A DNA stretch of 64,000 nucleotides from a bacterium (GTDB taxonomy: Bacteria; Patescibacteriota; CPR2; UBA1875; JAJYID01), in assembly GCA_030647205.1 (NCBI GenBank), contig JAUSJO010000002.1:177112-241111 (forward strand). The letters run 5' to 3'. The notes below the pieces were generated by a model. That model was not told the DNA's origin, did no database searches, and saw only the letters and a program-made list of their open reading frames with translations. Both the position numbers and the translations under genes were made by a program. Position 1 is the stretch's first letter; each line of letters begins with the position of its first letter. Of the stretch, positions 10,940 through 20,544 are shown in pieces.

Positions 10940-13900
10940 ATGAGAGTGAAATCTCTTAAGTTTTTACGTAGTTTGAGGTTTCATACTACTTTTGCTTTGC
11001 ATTTAAAAGCCCACAAAAATAGCTGGTACAAAGAGTGGCACCAGTGGCGTTTTCATCATCATTTCCATGCGGCAATGTTTGTTTTTTATACTGTAAGTGT
11101 TCTTTTGGGATCTTTTGCAACACTGCTTCCGAACGCCAACAATAAAGCATTGGCAGCAGCCCTGAACTATGATCAAACTTTTGATACCGGAACCGGACTG
11201 ACATACGATAGCAGTAAAATAAATATCCCCGGTGATGGTTTGGCTACCTTAAAATCCCATACGCCAGGCAGTGACTGGATAGCGACAGATAATGATGGTG
11301 GATACAACTGGAGTTATAGGAAGGCTATCACTATCACAAATCCGAATGCCACGAATGACTTTCAGGTCCAGCTGACTGGTATAGATACGGTTTTGGGCGG
11401 GAAAGTGCAAGCTAATTGCTCCGACATGCGTTTTACCTCTGATAATGGTGTGACTGTTATACCACATTGGGTTGAGTCCACAAGTTGCCCATCTGCCTCT
11501 ACTACGATATGGGTAAAGGTGCCTGCCACGAAGACAACCATATACATGTATTATGGAAATTCAAAACCAGAGTGGATGGCAAGAGAAACTAATCGCACTT
11601 GGCGTGGTGTGGCATCTTCCTCAGACGGCACCAAACTGGCAGCAGTAGTCAATGGCGGTCAAATATATACTTCAACTGACTCCGGCGCCACCTGGACCCC
11701 AAGAGATTCTAGCCGTGCCTGGTGGAACATCACCTCTTCTTCAGATGGCACCAAACTGGCAGCAACAGTCAACAACGGCCAAATATATACTTCAACTGAC
11801 TCCGGCGCCACATGGACTCCGAGAGAGTCTAGTCGTGGTTGGGACGCAATGTCTTCCTCCTCAGATGGCACCAAGCTGGCAGCAGCAGTTTGGGGTGGTC
11901 AAATATATATTTCAACTGACTCCGGCGCCACTTGGGCAGCCAGAGCTTCTAGTCAAAACTGGGCCAGTGTTAGTCTCTCTTCAGACGGCACAAAAATAGT
12001 GGCAACAGCGGATAGTAGCCAAATCTACACAACGACTATACCCAGTAGTGATACGGCGGTATTTGAGGATGTTATTAGTAATGTGCAGGGTGCCTGGGAA
12101 ATGGGTGATAATCCAGGGGGTGCGGGCGTGGATTCATCTGGTAATAACCTTACAAGCACACTGAACGGTACAGCTGAAGTCAGCGATAGGAATAGTAGAA
12201 CCGCCAAAGCTCGCAACTATGCTGCCGGTGGTGATGGTGTAGATAATATAACAGTAAGTGACAATACTGTTATAAGGCCAACACCAGGAACTGTGATTAC
12301 CCTTTCAGTTTGGGCCCGATCTGGTGATAACACCGACACTTCTTATATTATAAAGAAAAAAGAAACTTATTCTCTAAGGATTCTTGCAGATGGGACGATA
12401 AATACCAATTTCTTTATTGCTAGTGCGTGGAGGACGTGCTCAAGTGCAGTTGGTGCCTTCCCAGAAACCAACACATGGACTCATCTAGCTGTAACCTATG
12501 ACACTGTGGGTGGCTCATATAAGATCTACAAAAATGGAACAGAGGTTGCCTCCTGTCCAGCTCAAACAGGCGATATCTCGTCCGTGACTAACACGGAATT
12601 GCTACTGGGTACCTATAACTTTGTTAATAATGACTGGAATGGTGATCTGGATGATATAAGGGTTTACAACAAGGTTTTGCCTGTTGCAGATATGCAGAAG
12701 CTTGCAGTGACCTCAAATATAAGTGAGTTCAGTACCGCGCATCCAAATATGGAATATGTCAAGAAGTATACCGCCGGTCTAAGCGTCGGCGCACCAAGCA
12801 GTGAAGAGGGGATTGTCTATAATGACAACCCCAGTATAGGTAATACAGCAGCGATAAACATGAGTAAGCTCGTGGGCTTTACGGGGACGGCCGGCGGTGG
12901 CTCGACCGGCACTTTCGAATATCAGTTATCACCGGACAATGGGGCTCATTGGTATGAATGGTTTGAAGGTGATGATTGGTATGAAGTGACAGGATCAACT
13001 AGTACTATTGACCAAGCCGCTGTTGATCAGTTTAACGAGAGGTTTGCCACGCCCGACACAGCTGGTTATATACAGTTCAAGTGGAGAGCCGTTTTAATTT
13101 CTAATGGGACGCTTAGCCAGATACCTAAACTCGACGAGGTTACTTTTAGCTATTATTATGATACGGCGGATCCGGACAATGTAGTCCAGTCTGATGCTTC
13201 ATATGGAGGTAACTCACTAAATCAAGCGAGTTATTATAACTACATCCAGCCTATATTTGACTGGTCTTCATATGCTCCACTTGATAATAATAGTGGAGGA
13301 GGAGAGTCAAACTCCGGCATAGACGGCTACTATGTTTTATTCTGTAGTACCGCATTGAACAACGACACTGACTGTAATCCGGCAACTAATGGATATTCCA
13401 CTTACACAACAGGTACGACATATACTGCGCCTGACATGACAGGATGGACAAGTGATAACTATTATCTAAGAATAAAAACCAAAGATAAGGCTGGAAACAT
13501 ATCTGATACCACCTCAGTTCCCTTCGTTTATCATTTTGACGTTAATAAACCTACTAATCCCCCAACGCTTACTAGAACTCCATATGCTCCGACAGATGTA
13601 CAAAACAACTTCCGTTTTGACTGGTCGGGAGCAACAGATCCTGACCCAGACGGAGCGGGGTCACTTGAAGCTTCGGGGATAGCCAAGTATCAATGGCGAA
13701 GAGCAATCGATGATCCTGTAACCGGCTGGACAGACACTGTTAATACCTATGCTACAGGTGTCTCTGCCTATCAAATTGGTGAAAACTTGTTCTATGTCAG
13801 GACAGTTGATAATGCTGGGAATGTTGCGGATGGCTATAGCCAGATCAGATATCTCTGGTCCGGAAATGCTCCGCCGGCTCCGACAAATCTCGAAGTAGTC

Positions 13901-15730
13901 CAAAATGACGAAGCGGGCAACATTCAGCGTTTTAGATGGAAGGCGCCGACTCATGATGAAGCTATCCAGGAATATCGTTATGCGGTAAATGTAGCTGATA
14001 TGAATGAAAATAATACCGTTAGCGTAGACCCGACTCCTGACGGATCAGGCTGGATATATACGCCGGTGGGCTCCTATGGAACCCAACAGGGGACAAATAC
14101 TTTCCGGGTAGTGGCGAAAGACGTCCTAAATCAGGTTAACTATACTTACTTTGCTCCGATAGAGTTTAATGTTTCAACCCCCGGACCGGGCTTTCCGACA
14201 GCTCCTGTGATCTCTGATATATCAAACATGGATACCAGCAAATGGGCTCTTGCCCTTTCGTGGGATGCTCCGTCTTCAGGCGGGACACAGGTGGCTAGCT
14301 ATGCTATCCAAAGAACGACAACCCCCGCCGATGATAACAGCTGGGCAGACTTAGCGACTACAATATCTACCGTGTATGCCGATAACTATCAGCTGAACAA
14401 TACAACCACATACTACTATCGAATCCTTTCTGTTGATAATGCCGCAAAGAGAAGTACCCCGTCTGATGTAATCTCAAGGATGCCAACAGGCAAGTATTCT
14501 ACCAAACCGGCAATAGTTACGGGTCCAGCCGCTTCTACTACAGCCACTTCAGCAACTATCACATGGTCTACGGGGCGCGAAGCAACTTCGTTTGTTAAAT
14601 ACGGGGTTGGCAGTTTCGGTTCCTCGGTCGGTTCAAACACGCTAGCTACAACTCATTCAGTCGCTCTTGCCGGCCTAAACCCAGGCACAACATATACCTA
14701 CAAGGTTCAGTCTTTTGATGAGCAAAGAGAATACAATATTAATGACGAAAGCTCATGGTCTCCAACAATAACTTTCTCTACTCAGGCTGCTCCAGGCATC
14801 TCCGATGTAAAAATATCAGATATCCGTCTTGATAGCGCTATCATAACCTGGAAAACTACATCATCTGCCACCTCAACACTTAAGTACGGCAAGTCAAACT
14901 CATATGGCAAAGAAATATCCGACTCTTCCGGTTCAGCCGTAACAACTCACACGGTAAAGCTTTCAGGTTTAGATAATTCATCTACTTATCACTTTAAGAT
15001 TTTTGGTACAGACACGGATGGTAACCAGATGCAATCGGATGATTACAATTTTGACACTCTAACATTCCCGAGAGTCTCAAATGTCAAGTTTGATCAAATA
15101 AAAAATACAGCTACGTCGACGCTGAAAGTAGCATGGGATTCAAATGTTCCTATTTCTTCAACGGTCAGGTATACCGATCCAACAGGAAAAACAATCGAGG
15201 CATCCCAGTCGCAGCTTGTAACCAAGCATGAAATGGTTGTTTCAGGTTTGAAAGATAACACCGAGTATAGCATGGCCGTAAGTGGCAGAGATGCATACGG
15301 CAACGAGGGTACATCGGGGAGTGAGAAAGTAAAAACAGACTTTGATACCAGACCGCCAGCAATATCAGAAATTACTACTGAAACATCGATCAACGGCTAT
15401 GGCACAGATGCTAAAACACAGATGATAGTTTCCTGGAACACTGATGAACCGTCAACTTCTCAAGTTGAGTATGCCAAGGGTGTTTCCGGAGACACATTCT
15501 CCCTTGCAACCCAAGAAGACACAAACCTTACAACCTCACATGTTGTAGTTGTCAGTGATCTTGACCCGTCAAGTTCGTACTACTTCAGAGTGGTTTCCAA
15601 GGATAATTCAAAAAATGAGGCAAAGTCAGAAACCAACTCAGCTCTAACCGAACAAGCCCGTTCATCCGTTTTTGATATAGTGCTGAAATCATTTGAGTCA
15701 ACTTTAGGTTGGCTTTTTGGTGGCCGTTAA
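10940..15730 (+). CDS. Giant secreted/surface protein 2: same His-rich N-terminus + TM anchor, Asp-box repeats (4 tandem 40-aa units), LamG/ConA-like lectin-type domain, long FN3-like array, same C-terminal motif
   Basis: N-term LKFLRSLRFHTTFALHLKAHKNSWYKEWHQWRFHHHFH and C-term SVFDIVLKSFESTLGWLFG nearly identical to ORF 4924..8070; STDSGATW Asp-boxes; C-terminal ~450 aa collinear with protein 1. Confidence 0.75.
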   Translation: MRVKSLKFLRSLRFHTTFALHLKAHKNSWYKEWHQWRFHHHFHAAMFVFYTVSVLLGSFATLLPNANNKALAAALNYDQTFDTGTGLTYDSSKINIPGDGLATLKSHTPGSDWIATDNDGGYNWSYRKAITITNPNATNDFQVQLTGIDTVLGGKVQANCSDMRFTSDNGVTVIPHWVESTSCPSASTTIWVKVPATKTTIYMYYGNSKPEWMARETNRTWRGVASSSDGTKLAAVVNGGQIYTSTDSGATWTPRDSSRAWWNITSSSDGTKLAATVNNGQIYTSTDSGATWTPRESSRGWDAMSSSSDGTKLAAAVWGGQIYISTDSGATWAARASSQNWASVSLSSDGTKIVATADSSQIYTTTIPSSDTAVFEDVISNVQGAWEMGDNPGGAGVDSSGNNLTSTLNGTAEVSDRNSRTAKARNYAAGGDGVDNITVSDNTVIRPTPGTVITLSVWARSGDNTDTSYIIKKKETYSLRILADGTINTNFFIASAWRTCSSAVGAFPETNTWTHLAVTYDTVGGSYKIYKNGTEVASCPAQTGDISSVTNTELLLGTYNFVNNDWNGDLDDIRVYNKVLPVADMQKLAVTSNISEFSTAHPNMEYVKKYTAGLSVGAPSSEEGIVYNDNPSIGNTAAINMSKLVGFTGTAGGGSTGTFEYQLSPDNGAHWYEWFEGDDWYEVTGSTSTIDQAAVDQFNERFATPDTAGYIQFKWRAVLISNGTLSQIPKLDEVTFSYYYDTADPDNVVQSDASYGGNSLNQASYYNYIQPIFDWSSYAPLDNNSGGGESNSGIDGYYVLFCSTALNNDTDCNPATNGYSTYTTGTTYTAPDMTGWTSDNYYLRIKTKDKAGNISDTTSVPFVYHFDVNKPTNPPTLTRTPYAPTDVQNNFRFDWSGATDPDPDGAGSLEASGIAKYQWRRAIDDPVTGWTDTVNTYATGVSAYQIGENLFYVRTVDNAGNVADGYSQIRYLWSGNAPPAPTNLEVVQNDEAGNIQRFRWKAPTHDEAIQEYRYAVNVADMNENNTVSVDPTPDGSGWIYTPVGSYGTQQGTNTFRVVAKDVLNQVNYTYFAPIEFNVSTPGPGFPTAPVISDISNMDTSKWALALSWDAPSSGGTQVASYAIQRTTTPADDNSWADLATTISTVYADNYQLNNTTTYYYRILSVDNAAKRSTPSDVISRMPTGKYSTKPAIVTGPAASTTATSATITWSTGREATSFVKYGVGSFGSSVGSNTLATTHSVALAGLNPGTTYTYKVQSFDEQREYNINDESSWSPTITFSTQAAPGISDVKISDIRLDSAIITWKTTSSATSTLKYGKSNSYGKEISDSSGSAVTTHTVKLSGLDNSSTYHFKIFGTDTDGNQMQSDDYNFDTLTFPRVSNVKFDQIKNTATSTLKVAWDSNVPISSTVRYTDPTGKTIEASQSQLVTKHEMVVSGLKDNTEYSMAVSGRDAYGNEGTSGSEKVKTDFDTRPPAISEITTETSINGYGTDAKTQMIVSWNTDEPSTSQVEYAKGVSGDTFSLATQEDTNLTTSHVVVVSDLDPSSSYYFRVVSKDNSKNEAKSETNSALTEQARSSVFDIVLKSFESTLGWLFGGR
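11590..12012 (+). repeat. Four tandem ~120-nt coding repeats (40-aa Asp-box unit SSSDGTKLAA.VNGGQIYTSTDSGATWTPR.SSR.W) inside giant protein 2
   Basis: near-identical blocks beginning tcagacggcaccaaactggc at ~11621, 11741, 11861, 11981. Confidence 0.85.
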
Positions 15731-15763
15731 AGGTAAGATAGAAGGTAGTTAGCGAGGGTAAAT

Positions 15764-16531
15764 ATGACAAAAAAACGAATACCGACAGTAGAGATAAAAA
15801 ACCTTAAAAAGAGCTTTTTCGTAGGTAAAGAGGAAATCCCGGTTTTAAAGGGTCTCGACTTCACTATAGATTTTGGAGAGTTTGTTGTGATCCTTGGACC
15901 ATCGGGTTGCGGGAAAAGCACACTACTTAATACTATTTTGGGGCTTGAGCAGCCGACTGAAGGACAAGTTCTTATTAGGGGCAAAGAAGTATACTCTATG
16001 GATGAAGATGGGCGCGCATCTTTCAGACGCCAGAAGTTTGGTATGGTTTATCAACAGCCGAACTGGATCAGATCTCTTAATGTAATAGAAAACGTTGCTT
16101 TCCCTTTACACGTATCAGGTACACACCATCAAACAGCTATGAGTAAAGCAAAGAATATTCTCTATCTCTTTAAGTTTGATAAGTTTGAAAAATATTATCC
16201 GATGGAGCTCTCGGGAGGACAACAGCAGAAACTATCAGTTTGCCGAGCACTTATTACAAATCCTTGGATTATTATGGCAGATGAGCCGACCGGTAATCTT
16301 GATACGGTGACAGCTGAGGACTTGATGTATGACCTTAAGGTGTTGAATGCTGAGTCAAAAAGAACAGTGATAATGGTTACTCACAACCCGGAATATGAGA
16401 GATACGCAACCAAACTGATTTATATGGAGGATGGCTTGATCAAAAATATAAAGCAAAAGAGCAAACCCTTGATATCTTCAGAAGAAGAGGAGAGAGTGGT
16501 CGACTTGGCCGAAGGGGAGGGAATAGTATAG
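15764..16531 (+). CDS. ABC transporter ATP-binding protein (MacB/LolD/FtsE-like)
   Basis: Walker [10 protein letters not shown], signature [15 protein letters not shown], Walker [13 protein letters not shown]-loop VTHNP. Confidence 0.85.
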   Translation: MTKKRIPTVEIKNLKKSFFVGKEEIPVLKGLDFTIDFGEFVVILGPSGCGKSTLLNTILGLEQPTEGQVLIRGKEVYSMDEDGRASFRRQKFGMVYQQPNWIRSLNVIENVAFPLHVSGTHHQTAMSKAKNILYLFKFDKFEKYYPMELSGGQQQKLSVCRALITNPWIIMADEPTGNLDTVTAEDLMYDLKVLNAESKRTVIMVTHNPEYERYATKLIYMEDGLIKNIKQKSKPLISSEEEERVVDLAEGEGIV

Positions 16532-17731
16532 ATGAAATTTCGATTTATTATAAAACTAGCTTTTAAAAATCTCAAAAGGTACAAGCTGAGGACCTTCTTG
16601 ACTGCCGGAGGCGTAGCTATAAGTATCGGTTTTATATCTTTTTTGACTGCACTTGGCTATGGACTTCAGAAGGTTTCAACAGACCAAATCGCAAATATGG
16701 AAGCTCTTCAGATACTCGATGTTGACACAGGAAAATCAAAAATTGTAGCTGTAAATGAGGAGGCAGTTAGGAACATCTCAAACCTTTTTGGTGTTGAAAA
16801 AGTTTACCCTATGGTGTCAGTTGCTGGAGATCTAAGTCTTCAGGGGTCAAAGGTTGATGGTATAGTTTATGGGAAATCGCAGGGTATTTTAGAGATTGAA
16901 AAACCGAATGTGATTGTTGGGAAATCATTCACATCCGACTCGGCGGAGGAAGTTCTCGTCAATATCGCTGCTGCTAAGAAACTTGGAGTAGCAAACTATG
17001 CAGACTTAGTTGGTAGAGATTTGACTCTAAACATGGTTTTGAGGCCTGAGCTCATTGGGGGTGATCAAAAAGTCTCTAAAAGGGAGACAAGAAAATATAG
17101 AGTTGCGGGAATTTTGGAAGAAGGTAACTCCCCCTATGTCTATCTTCCGCTTAATAACTTCAAAGCTTTGGGGGTTACAAGTTATAGCGGTGCAAAGGTA
17201 AAAACTACAAGCCGTGAAAACGTAGACAAGATTAAAGTTTTGATAGAACATATGGGATTTAAGGTTAGCTCCATCAAAGATACGATTGATCAAGTAAACC
17301 AGTTTTTTGGTGTATTCCGCATGGTTTTAACCGGCTTTGGTGTGATTGCTGTTATTGTCTCATGCATCGGCATGTTTAACACTCTGACTATCTCCTTGAT
17401 TGAAAAAACCAGAGAAATAGGAATAATGAAATCACTAGGGACAACTAAGAAAGATATCAAAAGAATATTTATCTCAGAAGCCCTTCTAATAGGAATGGTT
17501 GGCGGTGTTACGGGTATAGCTGTGAGTATGATTCTTGGAGAAATATTTAATGCAAGCATTTATGCTTTAGCAAACTCTACTGGGAATACTCCGGTGAAGA
17601 TATTTATTTTCCCGCCTGAACTTCTGATTGTCGCACTAGTGCTTTCAGTTTTAATCAGTTTTCTTACAGGGGCTTATCCATCTAGAAGAGCATCGAGGAT
17701 CAGTGCTCTAAATGCTCTGAGGTATGAATAA
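16532..17731 (+). CDS. FtsX-family (MacB-type) permease with large extracytoplasmic domain
   Basis: N-terminal TM, ~230-aa loop, three C-terminal TM; ends ...SALNALRYE like other FtsX permeases in window. Confidence 0.8.
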   Translation: MKFRFIIKLAFKNLKRYKLRTFLTAGGVAISIGFISFLTALGYGLQKVSTDQIANMEALQILDVDTGKSKIVAVNEEAVRNISNLFGVEKVYPMVSVAGDLSLQGSKVDGIVYGKSQGILEIEKPNVIVGKSFTSDSAEEVLVNIAAAKKLGVANYADLVGRDLTLNMVLRPELIGGDQKVSKRETRKYRVAGILEEGNSPYVYLPLNNFKALGVTSYSGAKVKTTSRENVDKIKVLIEHMGFKVSSIKDTIDQVNQFFGVFRMVLTGFGVIAVIVSCIGMFNTLTISLIEKTREIGIMKSLGTTKKDIKRIFISEALLIGMVGGVTGIAVSMILGEIFNASIYALANSTGNTPVKIFIFPPELLIVALVLSVLISFLTGAYPSRRASRISALNALRYE

Positions 17732-18191
17732 ATACAAATTTATTAAAAAATTGAAAGAAAAAAAGGAAACAGGGTTTACCCTGATAGAAATCGTGGTTGT
17801 CATGGCTATTATTGCTGTTTTAGCGGTATTAGTTGTGGGAGCTATCAGTATCGCGAGAAACATGACCAAGGAGACAACACACCGAGCAAACGCAAGAAGT
17901 ATCCAGACCGGGATGGAGGCATATTATTCCAGAAATAGGCAGTTTCCGCCCGCTACGGAGGGAGGGAATGGTCTCTTTGGAAGCGAGAGTATTTCTTTTG
18001 AAATGGTTGCGGCAAATGATCCAGAATATCTAAACGTATCACTTAGTCCCGCATCTGAATGTGATGGTCCCGATGAATGGGGGGATGGGGGTGGACAGGT
18101 TTGGATAACAACGGATAGGCAGCATTATACAATCACTCCATATGACTCTGGTTGTAGCGACGAGATGATTAAGGACAGACTAATGCAGTAA
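17724..18191 (+). CDS. Type IV pilin / pseudopilin (prepilin with class-III signal peptide)
   Basis: leader MNKYKFIKKLKEKKETG followed by FTLIEIVVVMAIIAVLAVLVV (G|FTLIE prepilin peptidase site); start overlaps permease stop. Confidence 0.75.
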   Translation: MNKYKFIKKLKEKKETGFTLIEIVVVMAIIAVLAVLVVGAISIARNMTKETTHRANARSIQTGMEAYYSRNRQFPPATEGGNGLFGSESISFEMVAANDPEYLNVSLSPASECDGPDEWGDGGGQVWITTDRQHYTITPYDSGCSDEMIKDRLMQ

Positions 18192-18244
18192 TCTTGGGGT
18201 GATGGTAACAAAGTTTCAAGGTTTAAATACATAGGTGGGAAATA

Positions 18245-18979
18245 ATGGTACAAGCGATTATTTTTGGTGCAGTGAGCGGGCTTTCCCTACTCTTCGGAGC
18301 AGCAACTGGCCTAATATTCAAGCTAAATCAAAAAGTAATTGCCCGTTTTATGGCATTTGGCGCCGGGGTTTTGGTCTGCGCGTTGACCTTTGGGCTCATG
18401 GAGGAGGCATTTGGTCATGGCGGATTTGATGCTATCATTATTGGATTCTTGCTCGGCGGTATTGTATTTATTCTTGGCGATTATGTCCTCCATCTAAAGG
18501 GTGGACGTCGCCATAAAAGGCACCAGCTTGTCGAGGCTCGCAAAGACTCAAACGGGAAGGTTATTACTATGGGAGCGCTACTCGATGGCATTCCGGAGTC
18601 TGTAGCCCTTGGGATAGCGCTTTTTACGGGTGGAGGTACGGGCATCCTGATGCTTGTGGCTATAGTATTATCAAACTTTCCGGAGGGCATATCATCGGTG
18701 GATGGGCTCAAGAAAGAGGGGTTCACAAGCGCTGGAATTTACAAAATATGGGGGGTTGTAGCGCTACTTGCTCTTATATTCACAGTTTTGAGCTTCGTAT
18801 TTTTGCATGACATAACTCCGAATACTATTGGCATTATTGAAGCGTTTGCCGCTGGGGCAATCCTCGCCATGCTTGCAGACTCTATGATGCCTGAGGCATT
18901 TGATGATGGAGGATTTAGTATTGGTATACTTACCGTTCTTGGATTTCTAACAGCTTTTATTGTATCAAAGTTGAGCTAG
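18245..18979 (+). CDS. zupT: ZIP-family divalent metal transporter (ZupT-like)
   Basis: 8 predicted TM, His-rich loop HLKGGRRHKRHQ, conserved LSNFPEG motif region. Confidence 0.55.
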   Translation: MVQAIIFGAVSGLSLLFGAATGLIFKLNQKVIARFMAFGAGVLVCALTFGLMEEAFGHGGFDAIIIGFLLGGIVFILGDYVLHLKGGRRHKRHQLVEARKDSNGKVITMGALLDGIPESVALGIALFTGGGTGILMLVAIVLSNFPEGISSVDGLKKEGFTSAGIYKIWGVVALLALIFTVLSFVFLHDITPNTIGIIEAFAAGAILAMLADSMMPEAFDDGGFSIGILTVLGFLTAFIVSKLS

Positions 18980-19087
18980 GAATATTGTCATTCTGGCTTG
19001 ACCAGAATCGTATTTATCATCCTGAGGCACTAAGGATCTCATTCTGTCATTCCCGCGGAGGCGGGAGTCCAGTTCTTTAAATAATTT

Positions 19088-19112
19088 CTACTTTTTTAGA
19101 AAAAGTAGAACA
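19088..19112. repeat. Perfect 11-bp inverted repeat TTCTACTTTTT-tag-AAAAAGTAGAA in long structured intergenic region
   Basis: read directly; lies in 360-nt non-coding stretch with two more hairpins (ATTCTGGcttgaCCAGAAT; TCCCGCggagGCGGGA). Confidence 0.5.
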
Positions 19113-19340
19113 AAAATCGCGGCTTAAACGGGCTCTTAAAGTATCGTCTGATTTGCTCTCTCATCTTTAAAAAAATTAACTCGCTTCACTCAGACAAAAT
19201 TCTTTTTAAAGGTTCGATCACTCCCAGACTTTCTTTTTGAGCCGATAGCCGCAAGAGAACTCTCTTTGAAAAAATCATGCGGATCAGCCTAAGATAGTTT
19301 GTATACTGGAATCGACTCTCAATTAGGCTAGAATAAAGCT

Positions 19341-20501
19341 ATGCAGAGAGGTGTAGCTACATTTACCTTAGACTGGGGGAAGTGTCCGCCGTGGTTGTTC
19401 CGGCGGATGGTTTCACTTGGGCGCGAAATGACTGAAACGCTCATTGCCGAGTATGGACCGGATGAGTTCGTCAAAAGATTGGCTGATCCGGTTTGGTTTC
19501 AGTCGCTTGGGACAGTTCTAGCTTTTGACTGGAATGCGAGTGGACTTACGACTATTCTTACAGCGGCCCTTAAAGAGTCTATTCGTGGTCAGGAGCGTGA
19601 TCTTGGCGTCTTTATCTGCGGGGGCAAGGGCAAAACTTCACGGAAAACTCCGGATGAGATAATGAATTGGGGCCAAAAGTTATCTTTGTCTGATGGCAAA
19701 GCCGAGAATTTAGTATATAACTCCAAAATGAGTGCTAAGGTGGACAGTTCTCTCATTCAAGACGGCTATCAAATCTATCATCATAGTTTTATTTTCTCGA
19801 AAAATGGTGCTTGGGCGGTTGTCCAGCAGGGTATGAATACCGAGGAGCAGACGGCGCGGCGTTATCACTGGTTCTCTGATGATATCAAGGATTTGGTTGT
19901 TGAGCCGCATAAAGGCATCGCTTCGCAAAGAATCAATAAGCTAAATAGTACCTTGAATATGTCTTCTAAAAAGAGCGATAAAAATAGGCAGATTTCAACA
20001 GAGCTCGTGAACTCAAACTATAAAACAATCATGAAAGACATAGAGATCTTGCGCCGGCACTCATCTGACTTGTCGCAAATGATTAGTTATCGTGAAAATA
20101 ATGGTGACAAAACTACATTAGCTTCCCTTGCCCGAAAGGAGTTTAAAACTCATCCCGTGATGGTGGAGGACTTTGGCAAAAGCAAATATCTGGAAAGAAT
20201 TCTAGGGAAACTTACGGATGAAAAACCGGATAATTATGAGTCTTTGCTTGCTACGAAAGGAGTTGGGCCGAAAACGATTCGAGCACTTTCGCTAGTTTCT
20301 GAAATTATTTATGGCGCAGATGCATCATATGAAGATCCGGCCAGATATAGTTTCGCTCACGGCGGAAAAGATGCAACCCCTTATCCGGTAGATAAGGAGA
20401 CCTACGACAAAACTATAAATACTATGAGGGAAGTAGTTAAAAAAACCAGAATTAATCCTTTGGAAAAAGATAAAATTTATAAAAGGCTCAGTCCTTTGTA
20501 A
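19341..20501 (+). CDS. DUF763-family protein (function unknown; family common in archaea)
   Basis: N-terminus GVATFTLDWGKCPPWLFRRMVSLGREMTETLIAEYGPDEFVKRLADPVWFQSLG recalled as DUF763-like; GC by eye higher than neighbours. Confidence 0.4.
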   Translation: MQRGVATFTLDWGKCPPWLFRRMVSLGREMTETLIAEYGPDEFVKRLADPVWFQSLGTVLAFDWNASGLTTILTAALKESIRGQERDLGVFICGGKGKTSRKTPDEIMNWGQKLSLSDGKAENLVYNSKMSAKVDSSLIQDGYQIYHHSFIFSKNGAWAVVQQGMNTEEQTARRYHWFSDDIKDLVVEPHKGIASQRINKLNSTLNMSSKKSDKNRQISTELVNSNYKTIMKDIEILRRHSSDLSQMISYRENNGDKTTLASLARKEFKTHPVMVEDFGKSKYLERILGKLTDEKPDNYESLLATKGVGPKTIRALSLVSEIIYGADASYEDPARYSFAHGGKDATPYPVDKETYDKTINTMREVVKKTRINPLEKDKIYKRLSPL

Positions 20502-20544
20502 AAATAAACCATATTTCCTTCTTTTTTGCTGATATAATGAGGTT

